Positions 1-10,944 of a stretch of 64,000 nucleotides of DNA are shown here, piece by piece (the stretch's first letter is position 1; each line of letters starts with the position of its first letter). A program made the translations under genes and the position numbers. This DNA comes from an uncultured Saprospirales bacterium (GTDB taxonomy: Bacteria > Bacteroidota > Bacteroidia > Chitinophagales > JADIYW01). Under the pieces are notes generated by a model. It did no database searches and was not told where the DNA came from. It worked only from the letters and a program-made list of their open reading frames with translations. Location: assembly GCA_938008535.1 (NCBI GenBank), contig CALLKF010000164.1:10202-74201 (forward strand). Reading direction: 5' to 3'.

Positions 1-1424
1 TCCATTTTGCCAAACGCATTTTTGATGTTGTTGTTACCAATTCCTAAACCACCTTTGTTCCATAACCATTTATTCAAATCTAAACCAATTACTTTAAAAA
101 CGTTATTAAACTGATAGTACAATTCAGTGGAACTAACGCTTAAGCCACTTGCATTCATTTCTGGTAAACCAGCGTTTGTACCATCATCAATAGCACAACC
201 ATGCGTATCGCCACTAATCACAATTACATTTTTTATTGCATTATTTTTGATGTAATTTAAAATTTTTGTTCGTTCATAAGCATACGAACCAAAGTAGTCC
301 GAGAAGCTATATGACAAACGAAAACCAGTGCCAGCATATCCGCCAATATTAAATTGCATGCCTTGTATCAGCAATGGTAATTCTACCAACGGTTGAATAT
401 TTTTATTAAAAGGAACACCAGAAATTATAAATTTCCAGGTTGCAGTTGAGTTCTTAAGTGCATTTAAAAACCAATCTAACTGAGGTTGGTTTAACATGGT
501 TTGAGAAGGACTGTTTCCATTAAACGTCCATAAATTTATAGCTGCATTGTATTTTAAATTATTCCATCCACCTGTATTGCAACTGCGTACATCTATCATA
601 AAAAATTCGCAATTGCCAACTTTAAAAGAATGATAATATCCATCGGTATCATTCTGCATCTGGTAGCCAGGAAAGAAATTTTTATATGCTGTTAAGCAAT
701 TGGTACGCATTTGCTGCGTACGTGGATATAAATCGAAATAATTAATTAATTTACCGTTTTCGTATCTTACTTGTAGTGCACCACCTTTAAAATATTTAGA
801 GTTGCCCCAAGTATCATCATCATCAGGCATGTAGGCAATTGGCATTTTCTTCAACATATCTTTGCAAATCGGCTCTTCATTTCTGCGTCGCCAACCAAGT
901 TTTACTGCGCTCCAATCTTCTGGATAATCCATTCCAACATATCGCGGAATTTGATAGGATGGATAAGTAAAATCACCAGTATGAATAAATAAGATTGGTT
1001 TGTACAACGGCATCACGTCAAACACTTTCATATTGGGTGTTTCCTGACAAGAACCAGTTACAAACGTTAAATGTTCTGCTGTACCAACAACAGGAAATGT
1101 TTTGAAATGACCTAATGTGTTTTCTATATTTCCATTAATGCGATAACGAAAATAGTAATCGGTAAAAATTGCTAAGTTTTCTAGAGTAACAATTTTTGAT
1201 GTATCTAAACTAGCATCGGTAGCTGAATTTATTTGTTGAAAAGAAGCAAATGTTGAATCGGTAGAATATTCTAAACTAAAATTAACGGATGAAGATGTAC
1301 GAATATAAATTCGCGCACTATTTTCGGTAACACCACCAATCATTGGTCCGTGCGTAATGTTTTGTGCAGAAACAATTTTTGTTAGCAGCAACAAAAATGT
1401 GCATTTCCATTTTGATATTAGCAT
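1..1424 (-). CDS. PhoD-like / metallophosphatase-family secreted protein, C-terminus cut by window edge
   Basis: Manual reverse-strand translation from ATG at 1424: MLISKWKCTFLLLLTKIVSAQNITHGPMIGGVTENSARIYIRTSSS..., with FVTGSCQE, FIHTGDF, YMPDDDDTWG and VIVISGDTHG phosphoesterase-like motifs; open to base 1. Confidence 0.75.
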   Translation of the reverse strand, partial: MLISKWKCTFLLLLTKIVSAQNITHGPMIGGVTENSARIYIRTSSSVNFSLEYSTDSTFASFQQINSATDASLDTSKIVTLENLAIFTDYYFRYRINGNIENTLGHFKTFPVVGTAEHLTFVTGSCQETPNMKVFDVMPLYKPILFIHTGDFTYPSYQIPRYVGMDYPEDWSAVKLGWRRRNEEPICKDMLKKMPIAYMPDDDDTWGNSKYFKGGALQVRYENGKLINYFDLYPRTQQMRTNCLTAYKNFFPGYQMQNDTDGYYHSFKVGNCEFFMIDVRSCNTGGWNNLKYNAAINLWTFNGNSPSQTMLNQPQLDWFLNALKNSTATWKFIISGVPFNKNIQPLVELPLLIQGMQFNIGGYAGTGFRLSYSFSDYFGSYAYERTKILNYIKNNAIKNVIVISGDTHGCAIDDGTNAGLPEMNASGLSVSSTELYYQFNNVFKVIGLDLNKWLWNKGGLGIGNNNIKNAFGKM

Positions 1425-1483
1425 ACGTTAATATACATAATCTTTTTAAAAACAGGAAAATAAGAATTTGTATTTTTAGAGAA

Positions 1484-4400
1484 TTAACGCAATAACGTAA
1501 CTACACCTTTTAAATAAAACGATTCGTTATTATATTTCACACCAGAAACCACATAAATATAACTATCAATTTGACATTCAACACCTTTGTAAGTGCCGTC
1601 CCAACCATTGTCTAAATTATCTGTTTCAAACACCAGCGCGCCCCAACGATCGAAGATTTTTAGGTTGTATGTTTTGATACTTTTATTAATCATGTTCAAA
1701 TTGTCATTGATTCCGTCATTATTAGGCGAAAATGCACTTGGAATAAAAATATCGCAATTCGTAGATATAAAGATGGAATCTCTTTGCAAACAACCACCTT
1801 TGTAAACCTCCACTTTTATTGGAGAAATAGTGCCATTAATGATAATCGAATCTTTGTTTACATCACCTGTGCTCCAGAAAACAGAATCAAATGGCACTTT
1901 AAAACTTAATACTCTTTGCTCACCTGGACACATAATAATACTATCATCACCTAATTTTATTTTCGGTAATGGTTTCACTTCAAAACTATATTTCAAAGAA
2001 TCTGCTCCACAACGGTTGGTTGCAGTTAGCTTTAATGTTTGTGTTCCAGCTACAAAATATGAATAAAATGCAGTGTCTTTTGTTTGCGGATTTAGATTAT
2101 TTAAAGTCCAAACATATTGCGTATTTGTGCCACCAAAAGACAAATTAGCATATTGAGCAGTTTTACCAAAACAAACATCCGTTGGAATTGGATTGATAGC
2201 TAATGATACGGTGTCATCCATGTTGATGGTTTTTCTCAACGTATCAAAACAACCAGCATTTGATTTGGTAATTAAGGTGACGTTTTTAGTTCCAAAAACG
2301 GAATAAGAATGTGTTGGACTTTTAATAATATCAGTTGTATTGTCGCCAAAATTCCATGTATAATTAGTGACATTTCCAAAGTTAATTGTTGATGTATTAT
2401 TAAAAAGGATAGGTCTATTCAAACAAAGAAAATCATTGGTAAAATTCAACGTCATGCGTTGAGCAGCAACATTCACAGTATCAATCGCCACACAACCATC
2501 AATATAAACGAATACTTTTAGAGGATTAAATGTACCATCATTTATTATGTTTGCAGCAGCTGAACCAGTAGACCATCGAATTGAATCGTATAAACTTGGA
2601 TTTACAGTAAAAGTTGTGGATTGATTTTTACATAAAACCGTGTCACGTCCTAGCGATACATTTGGTCTCGGACGAATTACAAATGATTTAGTAATTGAAT
2701 CGGCATAACATCTGTTTTTCACCACTAATTTTACTGGATAAGTTCCAGTTCCTTGAAATGCATAATTTAAATCTTTGGTAGTATGTGTTGTATTTTCGGC
2801 AAACCAAGTATAAGTATTATTTACACCACCAGTAGTTAGATTTTGGAAGTTGATTTGATTTCGCTGACATGTAATTAATTCTGTTGATTTGAAATTAACC
2901 TGCTGAACGGTGTCCATCGGAAGAATTTTAGTGACCGTATCTTTGCAACCAATATCAGAAGTTGCAATTAACTGCACCGAATAATTAGCAAAAGGCGAAA
3001 ATGTATGGGTTGGATTCTGTGTATTCAAATCAGATTGTCCATCTCCATAATTCCAATCATATTGAACCAAAGTACCTGAATTTACAGATGATGTATTAAC
3101 AAACGTAATTGGTTTATTCATACACAAATAGTTATTTGAAAAATTAGGTGTAATGGTTTGTTTTTTAACCAAAACTGTATCTTTTCCAACACAACCATTT
3201 TTAAATACTGAAATATAAATTGGCGATTTTGTTCCATCAACAGAAATATTTGACGTGTTTTCAGCCGTACTCCAACGCAACGAATCAAATACACCAATGG
3301 CTGTAAGCTGTTTTGTTGATTTATTACAAACCGTAACATCAGTTCCTACATTTACAGTTGGATTTAGATTTATTTTTACGGTTGAATTTAAGGTGTCTTT
3401 TCCGCAACGATTGGTAGAAATTAATTGCACTGGAAAAGTACCATTCGTGTTAAATGTTGAAGTCGCAGTATTTCCATTTACTGGTGAACCATTGTTTATA
3501 ATCCATTGAAAAGCCGTTGGGCTTCCACCTGTTGAAGTATTGGTAAAGGTTACTGGTAATTTTTCACATAAATTTATTGGAGATGTTGTGTAACTTAATC
3601 GCACGGTATCATCCATTTTTATTTTCTTTGTGATGGTGTCTTTACAACCAAATGGCGATGTTACAATATGTTGTACATTAAATGAATCGAACCGGTTAAA
3701 TGTATGTGTTGGACTTTTTAGTGTATCAGTATTTCCATCGCCAAAATTCCAAAAATAATTACTAATGGTTCCTGTAGATGCATCAGTGAAAAGCGTATTT
3801 CGTTTATAACACAAATTGGCCGATGTAAAATTGGCGGTTGGCTTAGGATTTACCACAACTGGTTTGGTTATTTTTCCAACGCAACCTTTTGCAGTTGTTG
3901 CAGTGAGTTGTACATTATAAGTACCTGGTGTGGTAAATAATTTTGTTGGATTTTTCACATAAGAAGTATCGCCTGGCGACAAAACCCATTTCCAATTATT
4001 CACATCATTGTAAGGTGAAGTTGTTGAATCTGTAAATTGAATTAATTGATTTTGGCATCTTGGTACATAAGTAAAATTTGGAACCAAACCTGGATAATAA
4101 ATTACTTTTATTCGGCTTGTGTCATTACAAGGCTTTCCTTTATTTACTATTAATGTAGCGTAATAAACACCAGTATCTGGATAAGCAAACGTAGGATTTT
4201 TTAGAATCGATGTATCATCAGTTCTACTTGGCACACCAAAATCCCAAAAATAGGTAACACCTGATTGATTTAATTCATTGTCAAAACGAACTACCGCACC
4301 TTGACAATTACTAAAAGTAGTATCATTCACTTTAATTGCAGAACTATTTGTGTTATCAGTAATTACTAATGGTGCCGCAGATGGAATAGTGCAATTCTCA

Positions 4401-5302
4401 ACATTAAACTGAAAATCACGAATGCTTTTATTAATAACTACACCACCTCTAATTTCTTCGACACAAATTCCAACTACAAACAAACCAAGCGTTCTTGGAA
4501 TTGCAGTTAACATTCCTGAAGTTGGATTAATGTATAAGATTGAATTTAATCCTAATGGCTTTTGCGATTCATAAAATCCACCGTATATAACACTATCAAA
4601 TGGTGGTGATGTCGCTTGATAATAAGCACATCCAGGTTGGCTTTGTTGACATACTGTTGGATTGTCTGAATCTAATCCTTGTAATGGTGCACATAAGCTA
4701 TATCGTAACTGATCGCCATTAGCATCTGTCGCAGACATATCGAAGTCCAATTTCGAATTGTTACATAAAAACAATGGTGGTTGATTAATAAAAATTGGTG
4801 AAGAATTACAAGTAATATTTGGTGGAATTGTAATTTGATATGTACTACCTTGATTACTCAAAAGATTTAATACTGCATCATTCCGACAACAACGCTGATA
4901 TACTAAAATATAACCCGATGTACTTGCTGGCAATGTTAGAATTTTAGTATATACTCCTTTTTGTATTCTTACATCTCTTGGTGGATTTGAAATACATGAA
5001 TTGGTGTTAGTTGGTAAAATTGTGCTTGCTGGTGAATATATTGGAAATGGATTTGTTTCACCATTGTTTAAATTTACTTTAGCAAATGTTGTCGCATTAA
5101 AGACTGTCACCATTGCAGGGTCATCTAGTTGAGCTTGGCCATAGTAATCGTCTCTAAATATAGTTAATGTAATCTCATATTGATTTCCACCTAAACATTT
5201 ATACGACATTTCACCACCAACTAAATGCGTCGCTTTGCTACTATAACTTAATGCTAAAGCAATAAACAGGAACAATATTTTATAAATTGATTTTTTCACC
5301 AT
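1484..5302 (-). CDS. PKD-repeat surface protein with gliding-motility-type (T9SS type B) C-terminal domain
   Basis: Signal peptide, repeated FxNxS...W.FGDG...PTHTF PKD motifs, C-terminal IFIPSAFSPNNDGINDNL...YNLKIFDRWGALVFETDNLDNGWDGTYKG. Confidence 0.9.
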   Translation of the reverse strand: MVKKSIYKILFLFIALALSYSSKATHLVGGEMSYKCLGGNQYEITLTIFRDDYYGQAQLDDPAMVTVFNATTFAKVNLNNGETNPFPIYSPASTILPTNTNSCISNPPRDVRIQKGVYTKILTLPASTSGYILVYQRCCRNDAVLNLLSNQGSTYQITIPPNITCNSSPIFINQPPLFLCNNSKLDFDMSATDANGDQLRYSLCAPLQGLDSDNPTVCQQSQPGCAYYQATSPPFDSVIYGGFYESQKPLGLNSILYINPTSGMLTAIPRTLGLFVVGICVEEIRGGVVINKSIRDFQFNVENCTIPSAAPLVITDNTNSSAIKVNDTTFSNCQGAVVRFDNELNQSGVTYFWDFGVPSRTDDTSILKNPTFAYPDTGVYYATLIVNKGKPCNDTSRIKVIYYPGLVPNFTYVPRCQNQLIQFTDSTTSPYNDVNNWKWVLSPGDTSYVKNPTKLFTTPGTYNVQLTATTAKGCVGKITKPVVVNPKPTANFTSANLCYKRNTLFTDASTGTISNYFWNFGDGNTDTLKSPTHTFNRFDSFNVQHIVTSPFGCKDTITKKIKMDDTVRLSYTTSPINLCEKLPVTFTNTSTGGSPTAFQWIINNGSPVNGNTATSTFNTNGTFPVQLISTNRCGKDTLNSTVKINLNPTVNVGTDVTVCNKSTKQLTAIGVFDSLRWSTAENTSNISVDGTKSPIYISVFKNGCVGKDTVLVKKQTITPNFSNNYLCMNKPITFVNTSSVNSGTLVQYDWNYGDGQSDLNTQNPTHTFSPFANYSVQLIATSDIGCKDTVTKILPMDTVQQVNFKSTELITCQRNQINFQNLTTGGVNNTYTWFAENTTHTTKDLNYAFQGTGTYPVKLVVKNRCYADSITKSFVIRPRPNVSLGRDTVLCKNQSTTFTVNPSLYDSIRWSTGSAAANIINDGTFNPLKVFVYIDGCVAIDTVNVAAQRMTLNFTNDFLCLNRPILFNNTSTINFGNVTNYTWNFGDNTTDIIKSPTHSYSVFGTKNVTLITKSNAGCFDTLRKTINMDDTVSLAINPIPTDVCFGKTAQYANLSFGGTNTQYVWTLNNLNPQTKDTAFYSYFVAGTQTLKLTATNRCGADSLKYSFEVKPLPKIKLGDDSIIMCPGEQRVLSFKVPFDSVFWSTGDVNKDSIIINGTISPIKVEVYKGGCLQRDSIFISTNCDIFIPSAFSPNNDGINDNLNMINKSIKTYNLKIFDRWGALVFETDNLDNGWDGTYKGVECQIDSYIYVVSGVKYNNESFYLKGVVTLLR

Positions 5303-5451
5303 TCAAAAATAGCAAAAATTATGCTAACTATTGTTTCTTAAGTATTTATCAGTAAAAAAGTTCATATTTATAACTCTTTCGTAACAAAAATCTTTCAACA
5401 TAAGACTTATGACTTAAGACTTTTTCTTATCTTCGTCAAACTTTTCCCAAA

Positions 5452-8268
5452 ATGCCAAGAGATTTTTCGATTAAATCCGTACTTATTATAGGTAGCGGAC
5501 CCATTATTATAGGACAAGCGTGCGAATTCGACTACTCAGGTTCTCAAGCATCACGCTCACTCAGAGAAGAAGGTATAGAAATCTCACTCATCAATTCCAA
5601 TCCAGCTACCATTATGACAGACAGCGTTACTGCTGATCATGTGTATTTAAAACCATTAACCATACAATCTTTAGAAGAAATTTTACAAGAACGCCAAATT
5701 GATGCAGTATTGCCAACAATGGGTGGCCAAACAGCGCTCAATCTATGCAAAGAAGCAGCTGAAATTGGCCTTTGGGAAAAATATAATGTTCGCATTATTG
5801 GTGTGGATTTGCAAGTAATTGAAACCACAGAAAACCGCGAAGCATTTCGTAAGTTTTGCGTTGATTTAGGTTTAGGTGTCGCGCCATCTTATGTTGCCAA
5901 TTCTATATTAGAAGGAAAAGAAGCGGCACAAAAAATTGGTTTTCCTTTAGTAATTCGTCCTTCCTATACGCTTGGTGGTTCTGGTGGTGGTTTTTGCCAC
6001 AAAGCAGAAGAATTTGAAGTTGCACTTTCTCGTGGCTTACAAGCATCACCAACACATGAAGTTTTAGTAGAAAAAGCAGTTTTAGGTTGGAAAGAATTTG
6101 AACTCGAATTGTTGCGTGATAATAATGATAACGTAGTAATTATTTGTACGGTTGAAAACCTCGATCCAATGGGTGTGCATACAGGTGACTCTATCACCGT
6201 TGCGCCAGCTATGACTTTATCTGATACAGCGTACCAAGAAATGCGCAACCAAGCACAATTAATGATGCGTGCTTTATGCAATTTTGCAGGTGGTTGCAAT
6301 GTGCAGTTTGCGCTCAATCCAGAAACCGAAGAATTAATTGTAATTGAAATAAATCCGCGTGTGTCACGTTCATCTGCGTTGGCATCAAAAGCAACTGGTT
6401 ATCCAATTGCTAAAATTGCTTCGAAATTGGCGATTGGTTATAATTTAGATGAATTACAAAATCAAATTACCAAAACAACATCAGCATTTTTTGAACCAGC
6501 TTTAGATTATGTCATCGTAAAAATTCCACGTTGGAATTTCGATAAATTTTATGGCTGTGATGATAAACTCGGATTGCAAATGAAATCGGTTGGTGAAGTA
6601 ATGGGTATTGGCCGAAATTTTGCCGAAGCTCTGCAAAAAGCATGTCAATCACTTGAAAATAATAAAATTGGTTTAGGTGCTGACGGAAAAGGTTTATCAA
6701 AAACACAAGAAATATTAGACAGTTTAGAGCATCCAAGTTGGGATCGTATCTTTAAAATAAAAGATGCGATGGCGCTTGGCGTGCCTGTTCATAGCATCCA
6801 AAAATTAACGAGAATAGATAATTGGTTTTTATTGCAAATACAAGACTTAGTAAAACTGGAAAAAGAAATCCAAAAATATTCGTTGCACAATATTTCAAAA
6901 GAATTATTATTGAAAGCAAAAGTAAAAGGATATTCTGATGCGCAATTGGCTTATTTATTAGGACGAATTGAAGAAGAACAAGTGTATCAAAAACGATTAG
7001 AATTCAACATCAAAAGATGTTATAAAATGGTAGATACTTGTGCTGCAGAATTTGAAGCGAAAACACCTTATTATTACTCAACATTTGATACCGAAAATGA
7101 AAGCATCGTTTCTGATAAAAAGAAAGTAATTGTTTTAGGTTCTGGACCCAATCGTATTGGACAAGGTATTGAGTTTGATTATTGCTGCGTGCATGGTTTA
7201 CTGGCAATTAAAGAAGTTGGCTACGAAGCCATCATGTTGAATTGTAATCCTGAGACGGTTTCTACTGATTTTGATATTGCGAATAAATTGTATTTCGAAC
7301 CAGTTTTTTGGGAACATTTGCAAGAACTCATCGATCATGAAAAACCAATTGGTGTGATCGTGCAATTAGGTGGTCAGACTGCTTTAAAATTATCTAAAAA
7401 ATTACACGAAAAAGGCATTCCAATCATTGGTACTTCGTATGACAATATGGACATCGCTGAAGATCGCGGTCGCTTCTCTGATTTGCTAAAAGAATTGGAT
7501 ATTCCCTATCCAGATTATGGCACAGCAACCAGCGCAGAAGAAGCATTAGAAGTAGCAAAAGTGGTTGGCTATCCTGTTTTGGTGCGACCAAGTTATGTGT
7601 TAGGTGGACAAAAAATGCGTATTGTTATTAATGATGAAGAATGCGAAATGGCTGTGTTGGATATTATGAAGCATATTCCAGAAAACACAATTTTAATTGA
7701 CCATTTTTTGGATCGCGCAAAAGAAGCAGAAATTGATGCTATTTACGATGGCGAAACCGTGCAAATTATGGGTGTGATGGAACACATCGAGCCAGCTGGT
7801 ATTCATAGTGGTGACAGCAACAGCGTGTTGCCACCGTACAGCTTAGGTGCCATCATTATTGAAACAATGAAACACTACACCGAAAAACTATGTAAAGCAT
7901 TAGAAATTCGTGGTTTAATAAATATTCAGTTTGCCATAAAAGGCGACAAAGTGTATGTGATAGAAGCCAATCCGCGCGCATCGAGAACTACGCCGTTTAT
8001 TTGCAAAGCATACCAAATTCCTTATTTGAATGTGGCAACCAAAGTAATGCTTGGAACACACAAAATAAAAGATTTTACGTTTAAAGAAAACCTGACCGGT
8101 TATGCCATTAAAGAACCTGTTTTCTCTTTCGATAAATTTCCAGGTGTGAATAAAGTGCTGGGTCCTGAAATGAAATCAACTGGTGAAGCGATCTATTTTA
8201 TTAAAGATTTATTCGATCCTTACTTCAGACAATTGTACAAGGATAAGAGTATGTTCTTGAACAGATAG
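5452..8268 (+). CDS. carB: Carbamoyl-phosphate synthase large subunit
   Basis: Two ATP-grasp halves: VLIIGSGPIIIGQACEFDYSGSQA and VIVLGSGPNRIGQGIEFDYCCVH; 938 aa. Confidence 0.95.
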   Translation: MPRDFSIKSVLIIGSGPIIIGQACEFDYSGSQASRSLREEGIEISLINSNPATIMTDSVTADHVYLKPLTIQSLEEILQERQIDAVLPTMGGQTALNLCKEAAEIGLWEKYNVRIIGVDLQVIETTENREAFRKFCVDLGLGVAPSYVANSILEGKEAAQKIGFPLVIRPSYTLGGSGGGFCHKAEEFEVALSRGLQASPTHEVLVEKAVLGWKEFELELLRDNNDNVVIICTVENLDPMGVHTGDSITVAPAMTLSDTAYQEMRNQAQLMMRALCNFAGGCNVQFALNPETEELIVIEINPRVSRSSALASKATGYPIAKIASKLAIGYNLDELQNQITKTTSAFFEPALDYVIVKIPRWNFDKFYGCDDKLGLQMKSVGEVMGIGRNFAEALQKACQSLENNKIGLGADGKGLSKTQEILDSLEHPSWDRIFKIKDAMALGVPVHSIQKLTRIDNWFLLQIQDLVKLEKEIQKYSLHNISKELLLKAKVKGYSDAQLAYLLGRIEEEQVYQKRLEFNIKRCYKMVDTCAAEFEAKTPYYYSTFDTENESIVSDKKKVIVLGSGPNRIGQGIEFDYCCVHGLLAIKEVGYEAIMLNCNPETVSTDFDIANKLYFEPVFWEHLQELIDHEKPIGVIVQLGGQTALKLSKKLHEKGIPIIGTSYDNMDIAEDRGRFSDLLKELDIPYPDYGTATSAEEALEVAKVVGYPVLVRPSYVLGGQKMRIVINDEECEMAVLDIMKHIPENTILIDHFLDRAKEAEIDAIYDGETVQIMGVMEHIEPAGIHSGDSNSVLPPYSLGAIIIETMKHYTEKLCKALEIRGLINIQFAIKGDKVYVIEANPRASRTTPFICKAYQIPYLNVATKVMLGTHKIKDFTFKENLTGYAIKEPVFSFDKFPGVNKVLGPEMKSTGEAIYFIKDLFDPYFRQLYKDKSMFLNR

Positions 8269-8347
8269 GATTTATTAATTGGAACTTTTTAACTACAGCA
8301 TTTGTTCATACAGAATGATTTATTCTAAAAAAATTTAGTATTCCTTT

Positions 8348-8902
8348 TTACACCTTATCCGTAAAAAACGCATCACCTTTTTCTTTTGAAAATTTATCTT
8401 GGTTATAGTCTTGCGATTTGTTTTTGGGAATCGATAAACTTTTCCATTCCTTGGTACTCAGCATTTTTGCTAAAAAAATTAGTTGTCCAACATGATATGG
8501 ATAATGTGCTAATTGTCGATTGATGGCTTCTAAAACCGTGTGACCTTCATTTCTGATATAGATAGTTTTTTCTAAATCCGTTTCTGTCAAACTATTCATT
8601 GCACCGAACAAACAATTCCAACCTTTATTCCAAAATACTAGTAAATCCTGACGATTTGTAATGTTTGCTTCAAATTCTGCGTCTCGGTTGCGCCAGTCTT
8701 TTTCACCATCAGTTGTTAAAAAATCAGTCCAGCGCGACAACATATTTCCTGCTATATGCTGCACAATAATTGCAATAGAATTAGAATCTTCACTTGGCTG
8801 AAAAAAAAAATTTTCATCAGCAACTTGCGCCATCGCATCATCGCCTAATTTTTTATAATAGGCAAATAATTTTTTGGTTGATGCTAAATATGTCTTTTCC
8901 AT
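8348..8902 (-). CDS. DinB-superfamily protein (DUF1572-like)
   Basis: SIAIIVQHIAGNMLSRWTDFLTTDGEK...YPYHVGQLIFLAK, DinB-like metal-binding His pattern. Confidence 0.7.
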   Translation of the reverse strand: MEKTYLASTKKLFAYYKKLGDDAMAQVADENFFFQPSEDSNSIAIIVQHIAGNMLSRWTDFLTTDGEKDWRNRDAEFEANITNRQDLLVFWNKGWNCLFGAMNSLTETDLEKTIYIRNEGHTVLEAINRQLAHYPYHVGQLIFLAKMLSTKEWKSLSIPKNKSQDYNQDKFSKEKGDAFFTDKV

Positions 8903-8968
8903 AATTTAAATTAAATAAAAAAGCGCACTCTAATATTAAGTGCGCTTTAAAATTAAGTTTATTTTTAC

Positions 8969-9751
8969 CTATTTATTCTCTAAAATTTTCACTGTCATTT
9001 TAATGTCTTCATTTGGTCGGTCGCTGCCATCGCGTGGTTGCGAAACAATTTGATCAATAATTTCCAAACCAGAAACTACTTCGCCAAAAACCGTATAAGC
9101 CATATCTAACATTGGTGTGCCACCTTGTTCCATATAAATTTTCTTTTGTTCATCTGTATAGGAATTTCCAGTTCTAGAAGCCAACATTTGTATTTCTGCT
9201 TCTGTATATTTTTTTCCAGCGACAATATAAAACTGTGTACTTGACGATGCTTTTTGCGGATTTCCATCGCGCGCTGCAGCCAAGGCACCTTTTTTGTGGA
9301 TCAGATTTTTGCTTAATTCAGCAGGCACTTTATACGGCAAGCCACCCATTCCTAAGCGTTGTCCAGCCGCAGCATTTTTAGAATCTGGATCACCACCTTG
9401 AATCATAAATTCAGGAATGATGCGATGAAAAAGTGTTCCATCTAAAACGCCATCTTTAATAATTTTAATAAAGTTTGCTTTGTGCAATGGCGTCTCATCG
9501 TATAATTTTAATTTGATGTCGCCGAATTTTGTAGTAATCACTACGTACGTTGTTGTATCCATTGGTTGTTTATTTTTTTCCTTTTCTACTGCTTCAGCTA
9601 TTGCTTTTGCAGCATCATCTACTGCTTGCGTTGCAGCTTGTTGTTCTGTTTTCTTTTTTGATTTTTTACAACATTTCTTTTTCGCATAAATGTTATTATA
9701 ACTTGCTGTTAGCAATACAAAACAAGTAACAAAAAGTATCAGTTTTTTCAT
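8969..9751 (-). CDS. Peptidyl-prolyl cis-trans isomerase, cyclophilin type
   Basis: FGDIKLKLYDETPLHKANF...LFHRIIPEFMIQGGDP...SSSTQFYIV; N-terminal signal sequence. Confidence 0.9.
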   Translation of the reverse strand: MKKLILFVTCFVLLTASYNNIYAKKKCCKKSKKKTEQQAATQAVDDAAKAIAEAVEKEKNKQPMDTTTYVVITTKFGDIKLKLYDETPLHKANFIKIIKDGVLDGTLFHRIIPEFMIQGGDPDSKNAAAGQRLGMGGLPYKVPAELSKNLIHKKGALAAARDGNPQKASSSTQFYIVAGKKYTEAEIQMLASRTGNSYTDEQKKIYMEQGGTPMLDMAYTVFGEVVSGLEIIDQIVSQPRDGSDRPNEDIKMTVKILENK

Positions 9752-9770
9752 GTGTCTATTTTTTGGTTTG

Positions 9771-10130
9771 CTAAAATAATTGTTCTTTTTGAAAATAAAG
9801 AATAATCATTTTTTTTAGTAACTTTTCTTGTTCCACTAAACTCAATTTTGGTTTTTCGCGATTGTATTCAAAATGTGGCCAGCCATCTTCATCATAATCC
9901 AGAAAAATATAATAATTGGCTTGACTTAACAATGTACAAACGCCAACATGAATTAAATCTTGTTTTTGTTCTTTGGTAAACTTTACTTGATGTTTTCCCA
10001 ACTCACGATGTCCAACTAAAAAAATAATGGTTTGTACATCGGGTTTTTTGTCAAATTTATTTTCTAAAGACGAAAGTACATTTTGCCAATGTTGTTCGTT
10101 ATATTCAATATCTATCACTGCATTTTCCAT
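9771..10130 (-). CDS. Hypothetical protein
   Basis: 119-aa ORF in a compact same-strand gene run. Confidence 0.6.
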   Translation of the reverse strand: MENAVIDIEYNEQHWQNVLSSLENKFDKKPDVQTIIFLVGHRELGKHQVKFTKEQKQDLIHVGVCTLLSQANYYIFLDYDEDGWPHFEYNREKPKLSLVEQEKLLKKMIILYFQKEQLF

Positions 10131-10182
10131 GGTGCGAATATAATTTTTACTTACGACTTATTACTTATCACTTACAACTAAT

Positions 10183-10941
10183 TTATCTATCTTTCCAAAA
10201 AGGATAACGCTGTTTGTGTTTTTCTAATTCATCTTTCGATAATGTAACAATTTCTATACCGTTTGTGTTTTCTAACAAAGAAAGTTGATTTCCTGCAAAA
10301 TCAAACACAGCACTGCAACCATCGTGTTCATGGTTGTAAAAATCATTTCCAATTCTATTTACACCAATCGTATAGCATTGATTTTCGATAGCACGTGCCT
10401 GCAATAAAATTTTCCAATGATGACTACGTTTCTTCGGCCAGTTGGCAACGTACAATTGAATATCTACATCGTCATTGTTCGCGCACCAAGCTGGAAAACG
10501 AATATCGTAACAAATAAATGGTTGGATTTTCCAACCTTTGTAATCAATTACTATTTTTTCATTTCCTTTGGTAAGATATTTATCTTCACCAACCAAACTA
10601 AATAAATGATGTTTATTGTAATGATGGATATTTTCATTCGGCTCAACAAATAAGAAACGATTAAAATATTGATTATTTTCTTTGAAAAGAATGCTACCAC
10701 AAATTGCACAGTTTTTTTCTTTTGCAAGATATTTCATCCAAGCAACAGTTTCGCCATTTATATCTTCTGCCAATGGAGTTTCATCAACACAAAATGCCGT
10801 GCTAAACATTTCTGGCAACACAATAATATCTGTTTTCTTTTCAATAGATGAAATGAGATTTTCTAATTTAGAAAGATTTGCCTTTTTATCTTTCCAGATT
10901 AAATCAGTTTGAACAAGTGCTATAGAAATTTCGTTTCGCAT
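10183..10941 (-). CDS. Carbon-nitrogen hydrolase (omega-amidase / nitrilase family)
   Basis: DIIVLPEMFST, ENNQYFNRFLF, IQPFICYDIRFPAW (E-K-C nitrilase catalytic context). Confidence 0.88.
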   Translation of the reverse strand: MRNEISIALVQTDLIWKDKKANLSKLENLISSIEKKTDIIVLPEMFSTAFCVDETPLAEDINGETVAWMKYLAKEKNCAICGSILFKENNQYFNRFLFVEPNENIHHYNKHHLFSLVGEDKYLTKGNEKIVIDYKGWKIQPFICYDIRFPAWCANNDDVDIQLYVANWPKKRSHHWKILLQARAIENQCYTIGVNRIGNDFYNHEHDGCSAVFDFAGNQLSLLENTNGIEIVTLSKDELEKHKQRYPFWKDR

Positions 10942-10944
10942 TTC

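Noticed and set aside
1593-5180. Four + strand ORFs overlapping the PKD protein gene
   Set aside because: They lie fully antisense to a convincing 1272-aa CDS and have no family-like features.
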